A DNA stretch of 64,000 nt, taken from positions 71,863 through 135,862 of the forward strand of contig JAIEDA010000013.1 of NCBI GenBank assembly GCA_029068165.1, read 5' to 3'. Positions 54,634 through 64,000 of this stretch are shown one piece after another. This DNA comes from Clostridia bacterium (GTDB taxonomy: Bacteria; Bacillota; Clostridia; Christensenellales; UBA3700). The stretch's first letter is position 1. Every line of letters begins with the position of its first letter. The notes below the pieces were generated by a model. That model searched no databases and had not been told where the DNA came from. It worked only from the letters and a program-made list of their open reading frames with translations. The translations under genes and the position numbers were made by a program.

Positions 54634-55887
54634 TTAAATCAATTTATTAACGTCGCAATCGGGTTTTTTACCCACGTAAGCAAGACTTGCCTTGCTTAAA
54701 TCGTACGAATAGTCGATTACTTCTTTCGTTTGCTCAAGCGTGATATTCTCTATCGCTTTTATCTTCTCGTCTATATCGAAAATATTATCTGAGAACAGGA
54801 CGTTCTTAGCGTTTACCCTCATCATAACGCCGCCGCTTTCCTGTCCGAGTACGTAAGAGCCTTTAAGCTGTTCAATACCCCTTTCCAGTTCTCTCTTCGT
54901 AAGACCGTTCTTTCTAAGTTCTTGAATAATATCTACCGTACAGTCAACGGCGTTTTTGACCGACTCGACGTTGGTACCGATATACAGCGACAAAAGACCG
55001 TTGTTGACGTATGAAGAGTTGTAGGTATAGACGTTGTAAGCCAAACCTCTCTTTTCTCTTATCTCTTGAAACAGCCTCGAACTCATACCGCCGCCGACAA
55101 TGGTATTGACGAGCAACTCAGCCATAGAATATTTGCTGTCGTATTCAAACGCGGGAAAACCTATCGCAACGTTAGACTGCTCGATATCCTTAAACTTGCT
55201 CTTTACGCAAGGTTTTGTTTCGTGCCGCTTATCCTGCCACTTACGTTTGCAATTTGAAGAAAACTTGCCTTCAAAATACTTTTCTACGAGTTCTTTTGCT
55301 TTGTCAAACGTTATATTTCCCACGATAGACACGACGCTGCTTTCGGCGCAATAATTACGCGAAATATAGTCAATCAAGTCCTGTCTAGTAAAATTCTTTA
55401 CGTTATCTCTTTCGCCGAGTATCGTCATTGCAAGCGGATTTTCGCCGAAATATGCTTCCGATAGCAAATCTATGACTACGTCGGAGTTATCGTCCTCGCA
55501 CATAGAAATTTCTTCAAGTACTACTCCCTTTTCCCTCTCCATTTCGCTCTCGTCAAAAGTCGATTCAAAGAGTATCTCGCTCAAGATACGGGCGCAGTTG
55601 TCGGCTTGAGAATCTATGGAAAGCGTATAAAAACAAGTCGTTTGTTTGGAAGTAAAAGCGTTGATTTGAGCGCCTATTCCGTCCACGTATTCGACTATTT
55701 CAAAGGCGCTCTTATCTTTCGTGCCCTTGAAATACATGTGCTCGATAAAGTGCGAAATACCGTTGTTGGCGCGGATTTCGTTGCCGCTGCCTACGCCCGT
55801 CATTACGCCGATACTCACCGACCTGACGGACGGATTGCATTTATATGCCAGTCTTAGACCGCTTGAAAATCTATAAATTCCGTTCAT
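54634..55887 (-). CDS. M16-family (insulinase/pitrilysin-like) zinc peptidase, MlpA/YmxG-like by position
   Basis: 417 aa from the ATG at 55887 (GAGGA Shine-Dalgarno). HFIEH (HxxEH) zinc motif. Confidence 0.8.
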   Translation of the reverse strand: MNGIYRFSSGLRLAYKCNPSVRSVSIGVMTGVGSGNEIRANNGISHFIEHMYFKGTKDKSAFEIVEYVDGIGAQINAFTSKQTTCFYTLSIDSQADNCARILSEILFESTFDESEMEREKGVVLEEISMCEDDNSDVVIDLLSEAYFGENPLAMTILGERDNVKNFTRQDLIDYISRNYCAESSVVSIVGNITFDKAKELVEKYFEGKFSSNCKRKWQDKRHETKPCVKSKFKDIEQSNVAIGFPAFEYDSKYSMAELLVNTIVGGGMSSRLFQEIREKRGLAYNVYTYNSSYVNNGLLSLYIGTNVESVKNAVDCTVDIIQELRKNGLTKRELERGIEQLKGSYVLGQESGGVMMRVNAKNVLFSDNIFDIDEKIKAIENITLEQTKEVIDYSYDLSKASLAYVGKKPDCDVNKLI

Positions 55888-55970
55888 AATTTTCCTCGCT
55901 TGAACCGTAAGTTTAAATCGCAATATATTATAATACGATTATTGTCAATAGTAAAGCGTATTAGACATAA

Positions 55971-56693
55971 CTAAATTATTTCTTGCTTTATAATTTGCGA
56001 AACAGTTACGGGAGTAAGGTCGTTTTCCTCATAGTACTTGAGTATATCCCCGAGCGCCGCCAAGGTATGCGCTGTAGGGTGCATCAAAATCATATCGCCC
56101 GCGCTAACTTTGTTCGTTGCCCTGCTGTATACTAGAGCGCTGTCCTTATCTCGCCAATCGATAGTATCTCTGCTCCACATAATCGTTTGCATACCTAAAT
56201 CAGCCGCTACCTTGAGCGTGGTATCGTTGAAACTCCCCGACGGCGGCGCGAAGAGCGTCATTTTGTAACCGGTCAAACCGTTGACAAGTACGTTGTTGGA
56301 TTTGATTTCGCTCTCGTTTTCGGCGTAAGTCAGCTTCGCGTGGTCTTTATGGAAATAGCCGTGATTGCCTATCTCGTGTCCCGCAGCTATCATCTTATCC
56401 AAGTATTCGCTGTTTTTGCTCGCCCAACTGCCGCCCACGAAAAAGGTGCAAACGGCGTTATGATTTTCAAGAACCTTGAGCATATCGTCAAGATATTCCG
56501 TGCCCCAATACACGTTTATCATAAGCGCGACTTCTCCGCGCGCCGAGTTGCCTTTGTAGTACGGCCTATCGTTTGCGTTAGACGAAACGAACGACGAATA
56601 CTGTCCGCTAAAGCTCACGATAGTAAGGCTTACGAGCATAGCTATTATAATTACGTTCGTAACCGCGCTTGTAATTTTCCATTTCTTTTTCAT
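55971..56693 (-). CDS. Polysaccharide deacetylase (NodB homology domain; YlxY/PdaB-like by position)
   Basis: 240 aa. N-terminal TM, TFFVGG..., HEIGNHGYFH and LMH motifs of CE4 enzymes. Confidence 0.8.
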   Translation of the reverse strand: MKKKWKITSAVTNVIIIAMLVSLTIVSFSGQYSSFVSSNANDRPYYKGNSARGEVALMINVYWGTEYLDDMLKVLENHNAVCTFFVGGSWASKNSEYLDKMIAAGHEIGNHGYFHKDHAKLTYAENESEIKSNNVLVNGLTGYKMTLFAPPSGSFNDTTLKVAADLGMQTIMWSRDTIDWRDKDSALVYSRATNKVSAGDMILMHPTAHTLAALGDILKYYEENDLTPVTVSQIIKQEII

Positions 56694-56966
56694 TTCGCAC
56701 CTCTCAAAAAAAGATATGCGATAAAAAAGTCGTTTATACTATATTTGTCCTCGATTGTCCTAGGAAATTCTCACCCTAATAACCAAATTTCACGGTATAT
56801 TAGTTTTTTAAAGTTATATTAGTTTATTAATGCTTAATGCGATACTTGCCGTAAGATTGCTATCGTCAATTAATTAAAATAAAAAGCAATGATTAATCAA
56901 AAAATCGTCTTGAAGAGATAAAGGAGCAGCCTTTCGACCACTCCCTTGATTTTACTTTGTATTAGT

Positions 56967-59051
56967 TTATTTCAAAACTTCCAAAAGTCTAAGCGCTACG
57001 CCCTTGTCGGTGATGTCCGTAACTTTAACTTTTACTCTATCGCCGATATTTACTACGTCTTCGACTTTCTCTACTCTTTCTTTTTTGAGCTTGGAAATGT
57101 GAATCATAGCGTCTTTGCCGGGAGCGATTTCTACAAACGCGCCGAAGTTCATAATTCTTACTACCGTACCTTCAAACTCTTCGCCCACTTCGGGATCGTT
57201 TACGATTAGGTCGATAATCTTCTTAGCCTTAGCGTTCATAGCCTCGTCAACGCCGGATACGAGTACGTTGCCAAAGTCGTCAATATCAATCTTTACGCCG
57301 GTTTCGTCGATAATCTTATTGATAACCTTACCGCCGCTGCCGATAACGTCTTTAATCTTGTTGGGATCAATGCTGAACGATACGATCTTGGGAGCGTATT
57401 TAGACAAAGAAGTCTTAGGCTCAGGCAAAACTTCGAGCATCTTGTCGAGAATGAAAAGTCTGCCTTTCTTTGCTTGAGCAAGAGCCTTTCTCAAAATCTC
57501 TTCGTTGATACCCTTAATCTTGATATCCATTTGGATAGCGGTGATACCGTCTTTGGTACCTGCGACCTTAAAGTCCATATCTCCGAAGAAGTCTTCCAAG
57601 CCTTGAATATCCGTGAGTACGGAAATCTTGGACTTGTCCTCGTTGCTTATAAGTCCCATAGCAACGCCCGCAACGGGTTTCTTGATAGGTACGCCGGCGT
57701 CCATAAGAGCCAAAGTCGAACCGCAAACCGAAGCCTGCGAAGTCGAACCGTTGGAAGATATAACTTCGCTGACGGTACGGATAGCGTATGGGAATGCGTC
57801 TACGCTTGGGAGCATAGGCTCGAGAGCTCTCTCAGCCAACGCGCCGTGTCCGATTTCTCTTCTACCCGGGCTCTTAAGCGGCTTAGCCTCGCCCGTGCTG
57901 TACGGCGGCATATTGTAATGGTGAATGTATCTCTTGCATACTTCGTCGTCCAATCCCTCAAGCTTTTGAACTTCGGACAAGCTTCCGAGCGTACAAATAG
58001 TCATAACTTGAGTTTGACCTCTCGTGAATACGCCGCTGCCGTGTACTCTAGGCAAAACGCCGTGCTCGCACCAAATAGGTCTAATTTCTTCAAGACTTCT
58101 TCCGTCGGGTCTTACGCCTTTGTCCAAAATCTTTGCTCTAACCTTAGCTTTCTTCATAGCGTACAAGGTCTCGGCGATATCTTTCTTTCCGTCGGGGAAC
58201 TGCTCGGCAAAATGAGCGAATACGTCCTTATCGAGAGCTTCCTCGGCTTTATCTCTTTCCTGTCTATTGAAGTTTTCGAGGACTGCGTCCATCTTCTTGT
58301 CGGCGTAAGCCTTAACTGCTTCTTCAACGTCGGCTTGAGGATGATAAAGTTCAGGAACGACTTTCTCCTTGCCGATTTCCTTTTGAATACCGTCGATAAA
58401 CTTAACGATTTTCTTAATTTCTTCGTGACCGAAAAGGATAGCGCCTATCATTTCGTCCTCGGTAAGCTCGTTTGCGCCGGCCTCAACCATCAAGATAGCC
58501 TCTTTCGTACCGCTCAAAGACAAATGAAGTTTGGACTTCTCTCTTTGCTCGGTATCGGGGTTGATGACGTACTTACCGTCAACGAAGCCTACGATTACCG
58601 AACCCGTCGGTCCTGCAAACGGAATATCCGAAATGCTGAGCGCAACGGAGCTGCCTATCATTGCGTATACTTCAGGCGGGATATTGGGATCAACCGACAA
58701 AGCAGTCGCTACTACCGCTACGTCGTTGAAAAAACCTTTAGGGAAAAGCGGACGAAGAGGTCTATCGATAAGTCTTGAAGTCAAGATAGCCTTATCGCTG
58801 GCGCGTCCCTCGCGCTTTTTGAAGCCGCCGGGGATCTTGCCTACAGCGTACATTTTTTCTTCGTAATCTACTCCGAGCGGGAAAAAGTCTATTCCGTCTC
58901 TCGGGGTTTTTGCCATAGTAACGTTTACCATAACTGCAGTATCGCCGCATCTTACGATACAGCTACCGTTGCTAAGACCGCAGTAAGCGCCGGTTTCTAT
59001 CGTAACCTGTCTTCCGCCTATTTCGGTCGTGAAAATCTTTCTTTCTATCAT
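56967..59051 (-). CDS. pnp: Polyribonucleotide nucleotidyltransferase (PNPase)
   Basis: 694 aa from the ATG at 59051 (GGAGG Shine-Dalgarno). Two RNase PH domains, then KH and S1 domains. Confidence 0.95.
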   Translation of the reverse strand: MIERKIFTTEIGGRQVTIETGAYCGLSNGSCIVRCGDTAVMVNVTMAKTPRDGIDFFPLGVDYEEKMYAVGKIPGGFKKREGRASDKAILTSRLIDRPLRPLFPKGFFNDVAVVATALSVDPNIPPEVYAMIGSSVALSISDIPFAGPTGSVIVGFVDGKYVINPDTEQREKSKLHLSLSGTKEAILMVEAGANELTEDEMIGAILFGHEEIKKIVKFIDGIQKEIGKEKVVPELYHPQADVEEAVKAYADKKMDAVLENFNRQERDKAEEALDKDVFAHFAEQFPDGKKDIAETLYAMKKAKVRAKILDKGVRPDGRSLEEIRPIWCEHGVLPRVHGSGVFTRGQTQVMTICTLGSLSEVQKLEGLDDEVCKRYIHHYNMPPYSTGEAKPLKSPGRREIGHGALAERALEPMLPSVDAFPYAIRTVSEVISSNGSTSQASVCGSTLALMDAGVPIKKPVAGVAMGLISNEDKSKISVLTDIQGLEDFFGDMDFKVAGTKDGITAIQMDIKIKGINEEILRKALAQAKKGRLFILDKMLEVLPEPKTSLSKYAPKIVSFSIDPNKIKDVIGSGGKVINKIIDETGVKIDIDDFGNVLVSGVDEAMNAKAKKIIDLIVNDPEVGEEFEGTVVRIMNFGAFVEIAPGKDAMIHISKLKKERVEKVEDVVNIGDRVKVKVTDITDKGVALRLLEVLK

Positions 59052-59126
59052 CAAACTAACCTCCAATAATTAGTAATAAAATCTTAAAAGATAAGTTAAA
59101 AACGAAGTCAAATTCTCGTTTTACGC

Positions 59127-59155
59127 AAAAAAATCGGGGTGTCGAATGACGCCCC
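59127..59155 (-). terminator. rpsO terminator / pnp leader hairpin
   Basis: Minus-sense GGGGCGTC-attc-GACACCCC (one C-A mismatch) followed by GATTTTTTT. Confidence 0.55.
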
Positions 59156-59162
59156 TGACTTT

Positions 59163-59441
59163 TTACTTTCTAATGCCGAGTTTTGCAATCAGTTCACGAT
59201 AACGCTCGATGTCAGCGTCCTTTAGATACTTAAGCATACTTCTTCTCTTACCTACCATTTGCAAAAGACCTCTTCTAGAGTGGAAGTCGTTCTTATGCTC
59301 GGCAAAGTGATCGTTGAGTTGAAGTATTCTTTGCGTCAAAAGCGCGATTTGAACTTCGGGAGAACCCGTGTCGCCTTCGTGCTTTGCAAAGCTTGCGATT
59401 ACTTCTTGCTTCGTCATTTCCTTTACGTTGATAATTTCCAT
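59163..59441 (-). CDS. rpsO: 30S ribosomal protein S15
   Basis: 92 aa. [14 protein letters not shown] and [16 protein letters not shown] motifs. AAAGGAGG Shine-Dalgarno 7 nt upstream of the ATG at 59441. Confidence 0.95.
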   Translation of the reverse strand: MEIINVKEMTKQEVIASFAKHEGDTGSPEVQIALLTQRILQLNDHFAEHKNDFHSRRGLLQMVGKRRSMLKYLKDADIERYRELIAKLGIRK

Positions 59442-59648
59442 TGTTTAGCCTCCTTTCTTTGGAAATTTAATTTAGCGCTAACCAAGTAAGACATCGGAGT
59501 TTTTGTCAAACCTAGCCACGTTAGTACAATTATCTTAACACAATTTGTCCGCCTTCGCAAGCGTTTAACGTAAAATATATTTATTATTTTATTATAAGTT
59601 TTGCATTTTTCCGTCAAATCGACACGGACGGCTATTTTTCGTCAAAAT

Positions 59649-61106
59649 CTATTGATTTGAACACTGTTCAAAAAACTTGATTTTATCATTAATCAACTTC
59701 TCTTTCCGCTGCAAATACACGTCGATACCTTTTGGATTTGCGAGCCGCTCTAGGCGGTTGTTCGAGAAAATTCTCTTGGATATCCCTCCCGCACCGACGG
59801 CGATTATACTCGATATTTCCTCCATAATATCAATATTATAGATACAGGCTTTGCCCTTTTTGCAGTAGCCGACGTTCTCAAGATTGCCCGATACGTATTT
59901 TTGCTTGTACATATAGTACGGAGAATAACCCGCCAGCGAGATACTTTTATAAGCGTAATCGACCATCGAGCTTGCCTCTTTCCACTCGCTGTTGTCGTAA
60001 CCGTCGACCTTGAGCGTAGAACCTTTCTTGAGCGCAAGCGTATGTACCGTTATATTGTCAGGATTGAGCGCGATTGCGCAATCGACCGAATATTTAAAGT
60101 CGTCAAAGCTCTCGCTTGGAAGCATTGCTATCAAGTCCATATTAATATCAAAGTCGTACTCTCTCGCCATTTTATAGACCTTATAAATATCATCTACGGA
60201 ATGGCTTCTTCCGATTACGTCCAAAGTCTTTTGGTTGAAAGTTTGGGGATTGACGGATATCCTGTTTACCCCGTATCTCGCCATAATATCCAACTTCTCT
60301 TTGGTTATCGTATCGGGTCGTCCTGCTTCGACTGTAAACTCTTTGCAATCAAACGCGCAAGCTTTGATTACCCTTTCAAAGTTTGCATCGTCGAGCGAGG
60401 TTGGAGTTCCGCCGCCAACGTATACGCTTCTCACTTTCAAGTTTTGCGACTTTATGATTTTCGCAACGCAATCAAGCTCGTCGACGAGCAAGTCGCAATA
60501 TGGAACAACCGACTTCTTGATTTTATCAAGCTGAGCGGAAATAAACGAACAGTACGCGCACCTTGATACGCATATCGGGATATTCACGAACACGTCGATT
60601 TCGTCGTCGGCTACGCTATAAAATTCCGCTTGATTTTCAACTATGGAGCTTATTAGTTTAAGCTTTTGCGGCGTTACTCTCAACTTATCGCGAAAATATC
60701 CATCCGCATCAAGTCCCTTGGCTTTTACTTCGTGATATAACTTCGTTGGACGTATTCCCGTCAACGAACCGTACGGCAACTCCGCGCCAGTCAGCTTGCT
60801 CAAAAAATCGTACAGCGCGACCTTTGCGTGCCTTTTTAGCTGAGCGTTGTACTTGATTGAATAATAAGTTGAGCTCTCTTCTTCCAAAAATGCTTTTTCT
60901 AATGAAAATTCGCTTAAGCTAATCTTTCCGTCGTATTCTATAATGCACTTAAAACTCAAGTCGTCTATCTTTTCCAACCGCAAAGACAGCTCGCTGCCGT
61001 TTTCGGAAGTCTTGATAAGCGGATAGAAGGCTCGGACAATATCCATATAATCGTTGTAAAACTCTTCGTAATCGGTTATAAACTTAATATCCATAACGTT
61101 CCTCAA
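59649..61106 (-). CDS. hemZ: HemN-like radical-SAM protein of the HemZ type (coproporphyrinogen dehydrogenase-like)
   Basis: 485 aa with a long N-terminal extension, then the radical-SAM CxxxCxxC (CVSRCAYCSF) and a HemN-like core. Confidence 0.75.
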   Translation of the reverse strand: MRNVMDIKFITDYEEFYNDYMDIVRAFYPLIKTSENGSELSLRLEKIDDLSFKCIIEYDGKISLSEFSLEKAFLEEESSTYYSIKYNAQLKRHAKVALYDFLSKLTGAELPYGSLTGIRPTKLYHEVKAKGLDADGYFRDKLRVTPQKLKLISSIVENQAEFYSVADDEIDVFVNIPICVSRCAYCSFISAQLDKIKKSVVPYCDLLVDELDCVAKIIKSQNLKVRSVYVGGGTPTSLDDANFERVIKACAFDCKEFTVEAGRPDTITKEKLDIMARYGVNRISVNPQTFNQKTLDVIGRSHSVDDIYKVYKMAREYDFDINMDLIAMLPSESFDDFKYSVDCAIALNPDNITVHTLALKKGSTLKVDGYDNSEWKEASSMVDYAYKSISLAGYSPYYMYKQKYVSGNLENVGYCKKGKACIYNIDIMEEISSIIAVGAGGISKRIFSNNRLERLANPKGIDVYLQRKEKLINDKIKFFEQCSNQ

Positions 61107-61720
61107 TTACCGTCGGCAAATATGGGATTGAATATCCTCTCAAACTCGCTGGTCGTGTTTTCACCGTGACCGCAAAGCAAAACGTAATTCCCGTCTAAAT
61201 CCAAAATTCTTTTGACCGAGCTTTGCAACTGCGAAAAATCTCCGCCCCTAAAGTCCGTCCTGCCGTAGCTTCCTCTAAAAATAGTATCTCCGCAAAATAT
61301 AAGGTTGTCGAGCAAATAACATACTCCGCCTTTGGAGTGTCCGGGCGTGTGATATACCTTAATTTTTTGGGAACAAATCTCCAATTCCTCGCCGTCCTCT
61401 ACCAAAACGTCGGGCGTAAACTTTTCGACTTTTCGCCCTATCTTCAAGGGATTGTCTATAAAATCTACGTCTTCGGCGCGCATATATATTTTGCAGTCAA
61501 ACCTGTCTTTAAAAAACTTTACTCCGCCGATATGGTCGAAATGTCCATGCGTGAGCAGTATTGCCTCCAACTTTAAAGAATTGCTCTCAATATATTCCGC
61601 CACGTTACTATCGCTAGTCGACGGGTCTACCAAAAAGCAAGTCTTGTCCTTTTCATTTATCCCTAAATACGTATTGTTGCTCAAAAGTCCCAATACGAAA
61701 GTCTTGATTGTAATTGCCAT
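61103..61720 (-). CDS. MBL-fold metallo-hydrolase (glyoxalase II-like)
   Basis: 205 aa. THGHFDH metal-binding motif. Confidence 0.8.
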   Translation of the reverse strand: MAITIKTFVLGLLSNNTYLGINEKDKTCFLVDPSTSDSNVAEYIESNSLKLEAILLTHGHFDHIGGVKFFKDRFDCKIYMRAEDVDFIDNPLKIGRKVEKFTPDVLVEDGEELEICSQKIKVYHTPGHSKGGVCYLLDNLIFCGDTIFRGSYGRTDFRGGDFSQLQSSVKRILDLDGNYVLLCGHGENTTSEFERIFNPIFADGN

Positions 61721-61728
61721 AGCTTGTC

Positions 61729-62166
61729 TTATTTCTCCAAAACCATAGTGATAGGTCCGTCGATTGACGAATCTATATGCATATGCTCGCCGAAAACTCC
61801 AGTTGCGACCTTGCCTAATCTTCGTCTAAATTCCTCGACGGTAAAATCGTACAGCGGCTTAGCCTTATCATACTTCGCCGACTTAGAAAAGTCGGGACGC
61901 CTACCGCTGAAAGCGTTGCCGTACAAAGTGAAGTTGGACACTACCATAACCTCTCCGCCGACGTCTCCCAGCGTCAAGTTGAGCTTGTCGCAATCGTCTT
62001 TGAACACTCTCATTCCTATAATTCTATCTACTATGCGCTCGCAAATCTCCTCAGTATCTTCGTCGGTATAGCCTACCAAAACGAGATATCCCGAAGATAT
62101 TTGGGATATCAGTTTATTATCGACGGTAAGTCTTGCGTTATTAACTCTTTGCACTATCGCTCTCAT
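61729..62166 (-). CDS. dtd: D-aminoacyl-tRNA deacylase
   Basis: 145 aa. MRAIVQRV N-terminus and the C-terminal GxFG.HM......DGP pattern. Confidence 0.95.
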   Translation of the reverse strand: MRAIVQRVNNARLTVDNKLISQISSGYLVLVGYTDEDTEEICERIVDRIIGMRVFKDDCDKLNLTLGDVGGEVMVVSNFTLYGNAFSGRRPDFSKSAKYDKAKPLYDFTVEEFRRRLGKVATGVFGEHMHIDSSIDGPITMVLEK

Positions 62167-62246
62167 ATTTAATTCTTTGCCGTTTTCTTTACTCTTGTTT
62201 TTTAGTATTCGCTATTCGCTACGATTTCTTGATCAGCTATTCGCGA

Positions 62247-64000
62247 TCATTCTTTGTTCTTAATGCTCTTCGAAGCTCTCTTAATTTCTCTTATGCCCTT
62301 TATTGACTGCGTAAGTTTATTCATAAGTATCTCAAGCATATTTGTATTCGTGACCTCGACTGACACTTTTATAGTCGCCATATTGTTTTTCTCCGACTTG
62401 GCGGATATACTTGTCATCGCAACTTTCATATTCGTAATCAGCGTCGCCACTTCTATGACCAATCCCGTCCTGTCGAAAGCGGATATTACGAGATGCGCTA
62501 TAAACTTCTCATCCTCGGAAATCGGCCATTCGGCTTCAATGATGCGCTCTTTGTCAAAGCCTTTACAATTTGGGCAGTCGACTCTGTGTATAACCACTCC
62601 GCCGTTGCGCGAGATATATCCCAAAATCGCGTCGCCCGGCAACGGCGAACAGCACTGCGAAAACCTATACTTCAATCCGTGTTCACCCTTGATGATCACG
62701 CCGCCGTTATGCTTACGAGCAGTAGCCTTTTTAGTCATATTTTCCACGGTTTGCGTTTCGTGGATATGCTCGGCTTTGTAAAGCTCGGTAAGCTTATTAA
62801 TTACCTGTAAGGAAGTCAGCTCCCCGTAGCCTACCATAGCGAGCACTTCTTCAGAAGAGTTCAAACCGTATTTTTGACGGACAAACTTACTCCAGCTTTC
62901 TGAAGCGAGCAAATCGTTGAGCGCGTAGCCCCTATGCTTAGCCTCTCTCTCAAGAATTTCACGACCTCGCTTTTCGTTTTCTTCGCGCATTTCTTTTTTG
63001 AAGAAAGAACGGATTTTGCTCTTCGCTCCGGGAGTGATGACAAACTTTAGCCAATCCCTCGACGGACCTTTGGAGTTGCTTCCCGTGATTACTTCAACCA
63101 CGTCGCCATTGTTGAGCTTCGTGCTGACGGGCATAATTCTTGAGTTGACTTTTATTCCCGTGCACCTATCTCCGACCTTACTGTGAATCGCGTACGCAAA
63201 GTCGATACCGGTAGAGCCGTTGGGCAAGTTGAATACGTCGCCTTTGGGAGTGAAAACGAAAACTTGGTCGGAATACAAGTCCACTTTGAGCATATCGAGA
63301 TACTCTTGCGAATTGCTCGCCTCGTCTTGCAGCTGCATTACGTTGCGAATCCAAGCAAGTTTATCGTCGTCGATTTTTGAAGTATCGGTATTATTCCCCT
63401 GCTTATACTTCCAATGCGCCGCGATACCGTACTCGGCTATCTTATGCATCTCGTGAGTACGTATTTGTATCTCAAACGGAGCTCCGTACGAGGTAAGCAC
63501 CGTCGTATGCAAAGACTGGTACATATTGGTTTTCGGCACGGAAATATAGTCCTTGAATCTACCCGGAAGAGGCTTCCACTTGGTATGGATAGAACCTAAC
63601 ACCGCGTAGCAGTCCTTGACGTTGTCGACGATAACTCTCAAGGCAATCAAATCGTAAATTTGCTCAAACGGCTTGCCTTTCTTAAGCTTTCTATAAATGC
63701 TGTAAAAGTGTTTGGGTCTACCGTTGACTTCGCCGACTATACCCAACTCGTCAAGCATAGCGTTGAGTTCTCCCGAGATATGCTGGACGCTCTCTTGACG
63801 CTCTATCTTCGTTTGAGCGACTTTCTCGGCTATATAGTAATAGCTGTCGGGATAGAGATATCTCAAGCACAGGTCTTCGAGTTCGCCCTTCACGCTTGAA
63901 ATACCAAGTCTTGCGGCTATAGGCGCGTAAATATCAAGAGTTTCTTGCGCTATGCGTTTTTGTCCCTCTTCATCCTTGAAAGAAAGCGTACGCATATTGT
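62247..64000 (-). CDS. relA: Bifunctional (p)ppGpp synthetase/hydrolase RelA/SpoT family, C-terminal ~583 codons (N-terminal HD domain lies beyond the window end)
   Basis: Synthetase domain (RPKHFYSIYRK, YQSLHTTV), TGS, zinc-finger/CC (CCSPLPGD) and ACT domains. The reading frame is open to the window edge. Confidence 0.95.
   Translation of the reverse strand, partial: NMRTLSFKDEEGQKRIAQETLDIYAPIAARLGISSVKGELEDLCLRYLYPDSYYYIAEKVAQTKIERQESVQHISGELNAMLDELGIVGEVNGRPKHFYSIYRKLKKGKPFEQIYDLIALRVIVDNVKDCYAVLGSIHTKWKPLPGRFKDYISVPKTNMYQSLHTTVLTSYGAPFEIQIRTHEMHKIAEYGIAAHWKYKQGNNTDTSKIDDDKLAWIRNVMQLQDEASNSQEYLDMLKVDLYSDQVFVFTPKGDVFNLPNGSTGIDFAYAIHSKVGDRCTGIKVNSRIMPVSTKLNNGDVVEVITGSNSKGPSRDWLKFVITPGAKSKIRSFFKKEMREENEKRGREILEREAKHRGYALNDLLASESWSKFVRQKYGLNSSEEVLAMVGYGELTSLQVINKLTELYKAEHIHETQTVENMTKKATARKHNGGVIIKGEHGLKYRFSQCCSPLPGDAILGYISRNGGVVIHRVDCPNCKGFDKERIIEAEWPISEDEKFIAHLVISAFDRTGLVIEVATLITNMKVAMTSISAKSEKNNMATIKVSVEVTNTNMLEILMNKLTQSIKGIREIKRASKSIKNKE

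Noticed and set aside
57474-58778. 434-aa plus-strand ORF, the longest unexplained ORF in the track
   Set aside because: It is antisense to pnp, whose RNase PH, KH and S1 domains are unmistakable. The antisense product is Arg/Ser/Leu-rich with no recognisable domain and no Shine-Dalgarno.
59901-60566. 221-aa plus-strand ORF, and similar ORFs at 36169-36771, 33686-34183, 45729-46277 and 43435-43995
   Set aside because: All are antisense shadows of well-supported minus-strand genes (hemZ, the carboxyltransferase, the beta subunit, rny, dac).

Overview
This window looks like a chromosomal segment of a low-GC, endospore-forming Firmicute (Clostridia-like); the sequence alone does not identify the species. 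I call 59 protein-coding genes (56 on the minus strand) and 7 tRNAs. I found no rRNA, CRISPR array, transposase or integrase.

Most of the content is conserved housekeeping and sporulation genes:
- miaB (5' end only), a class A PBP, thiI plus a cysteine desulfurase, mutS2, and a long U32-family protein.
- T-box-controlled pheST, yunB, spoVAC/D/E, and spoIIAA-spoIIAB-sigF.
- An ispH-S1 fusion, a cmk-plsC fusion, and surE.
- A five-gene biotin-dependent Na+ decarboxylase operon.
- rluB, a dac-ytfJ-ytfI cluster, scpAB, an M50 protease, and a second dac gene.
- rny, recA, cinA, rimO, pgsA, ftsK/spoIIIE, an M16 peptidase, and a polysaccharide deacetylase.
- pnp, rpsO, hemZ, an MBL hydrolase, dtd, and relA (3' part only).

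Gene order in the right half (rpsO-pnp-deacetylase-M16 ... ftsK/spoIIIE ... pgsA-cinA-recA ... rny) resembles the Bacillus subtilis arrangement as I recall it.

The only accessory-looking stretch is about 18.3-25.8 kb. It lies between a solo tRNA-Gly and a six-tRNA operon, looks more AT-rich by eye, and holds ten unrelated genes, most with their own candidate promoter or terminator. These include a Vat-type streptogramin A acetyltransferase.

I did not find a convincing self-contained novel system such as a defence island. The best follow-up candidates are:
1. A receiver-less Spo0A effector-domain paralog with an adjacent polytopic membrane protein, considered together with the 0A-box-like sites in the window.
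2. The decarboxylase operon, which carries two different carboxyltransferases sharing one biotin carrier and one Na+ pump subunit.
3. The cmk-plsC fusion.
4. A membrane-tethered XRE/zinc-ribbon regulator next to vat.

All homology statements come from motif recognition by eye, not from database searches.
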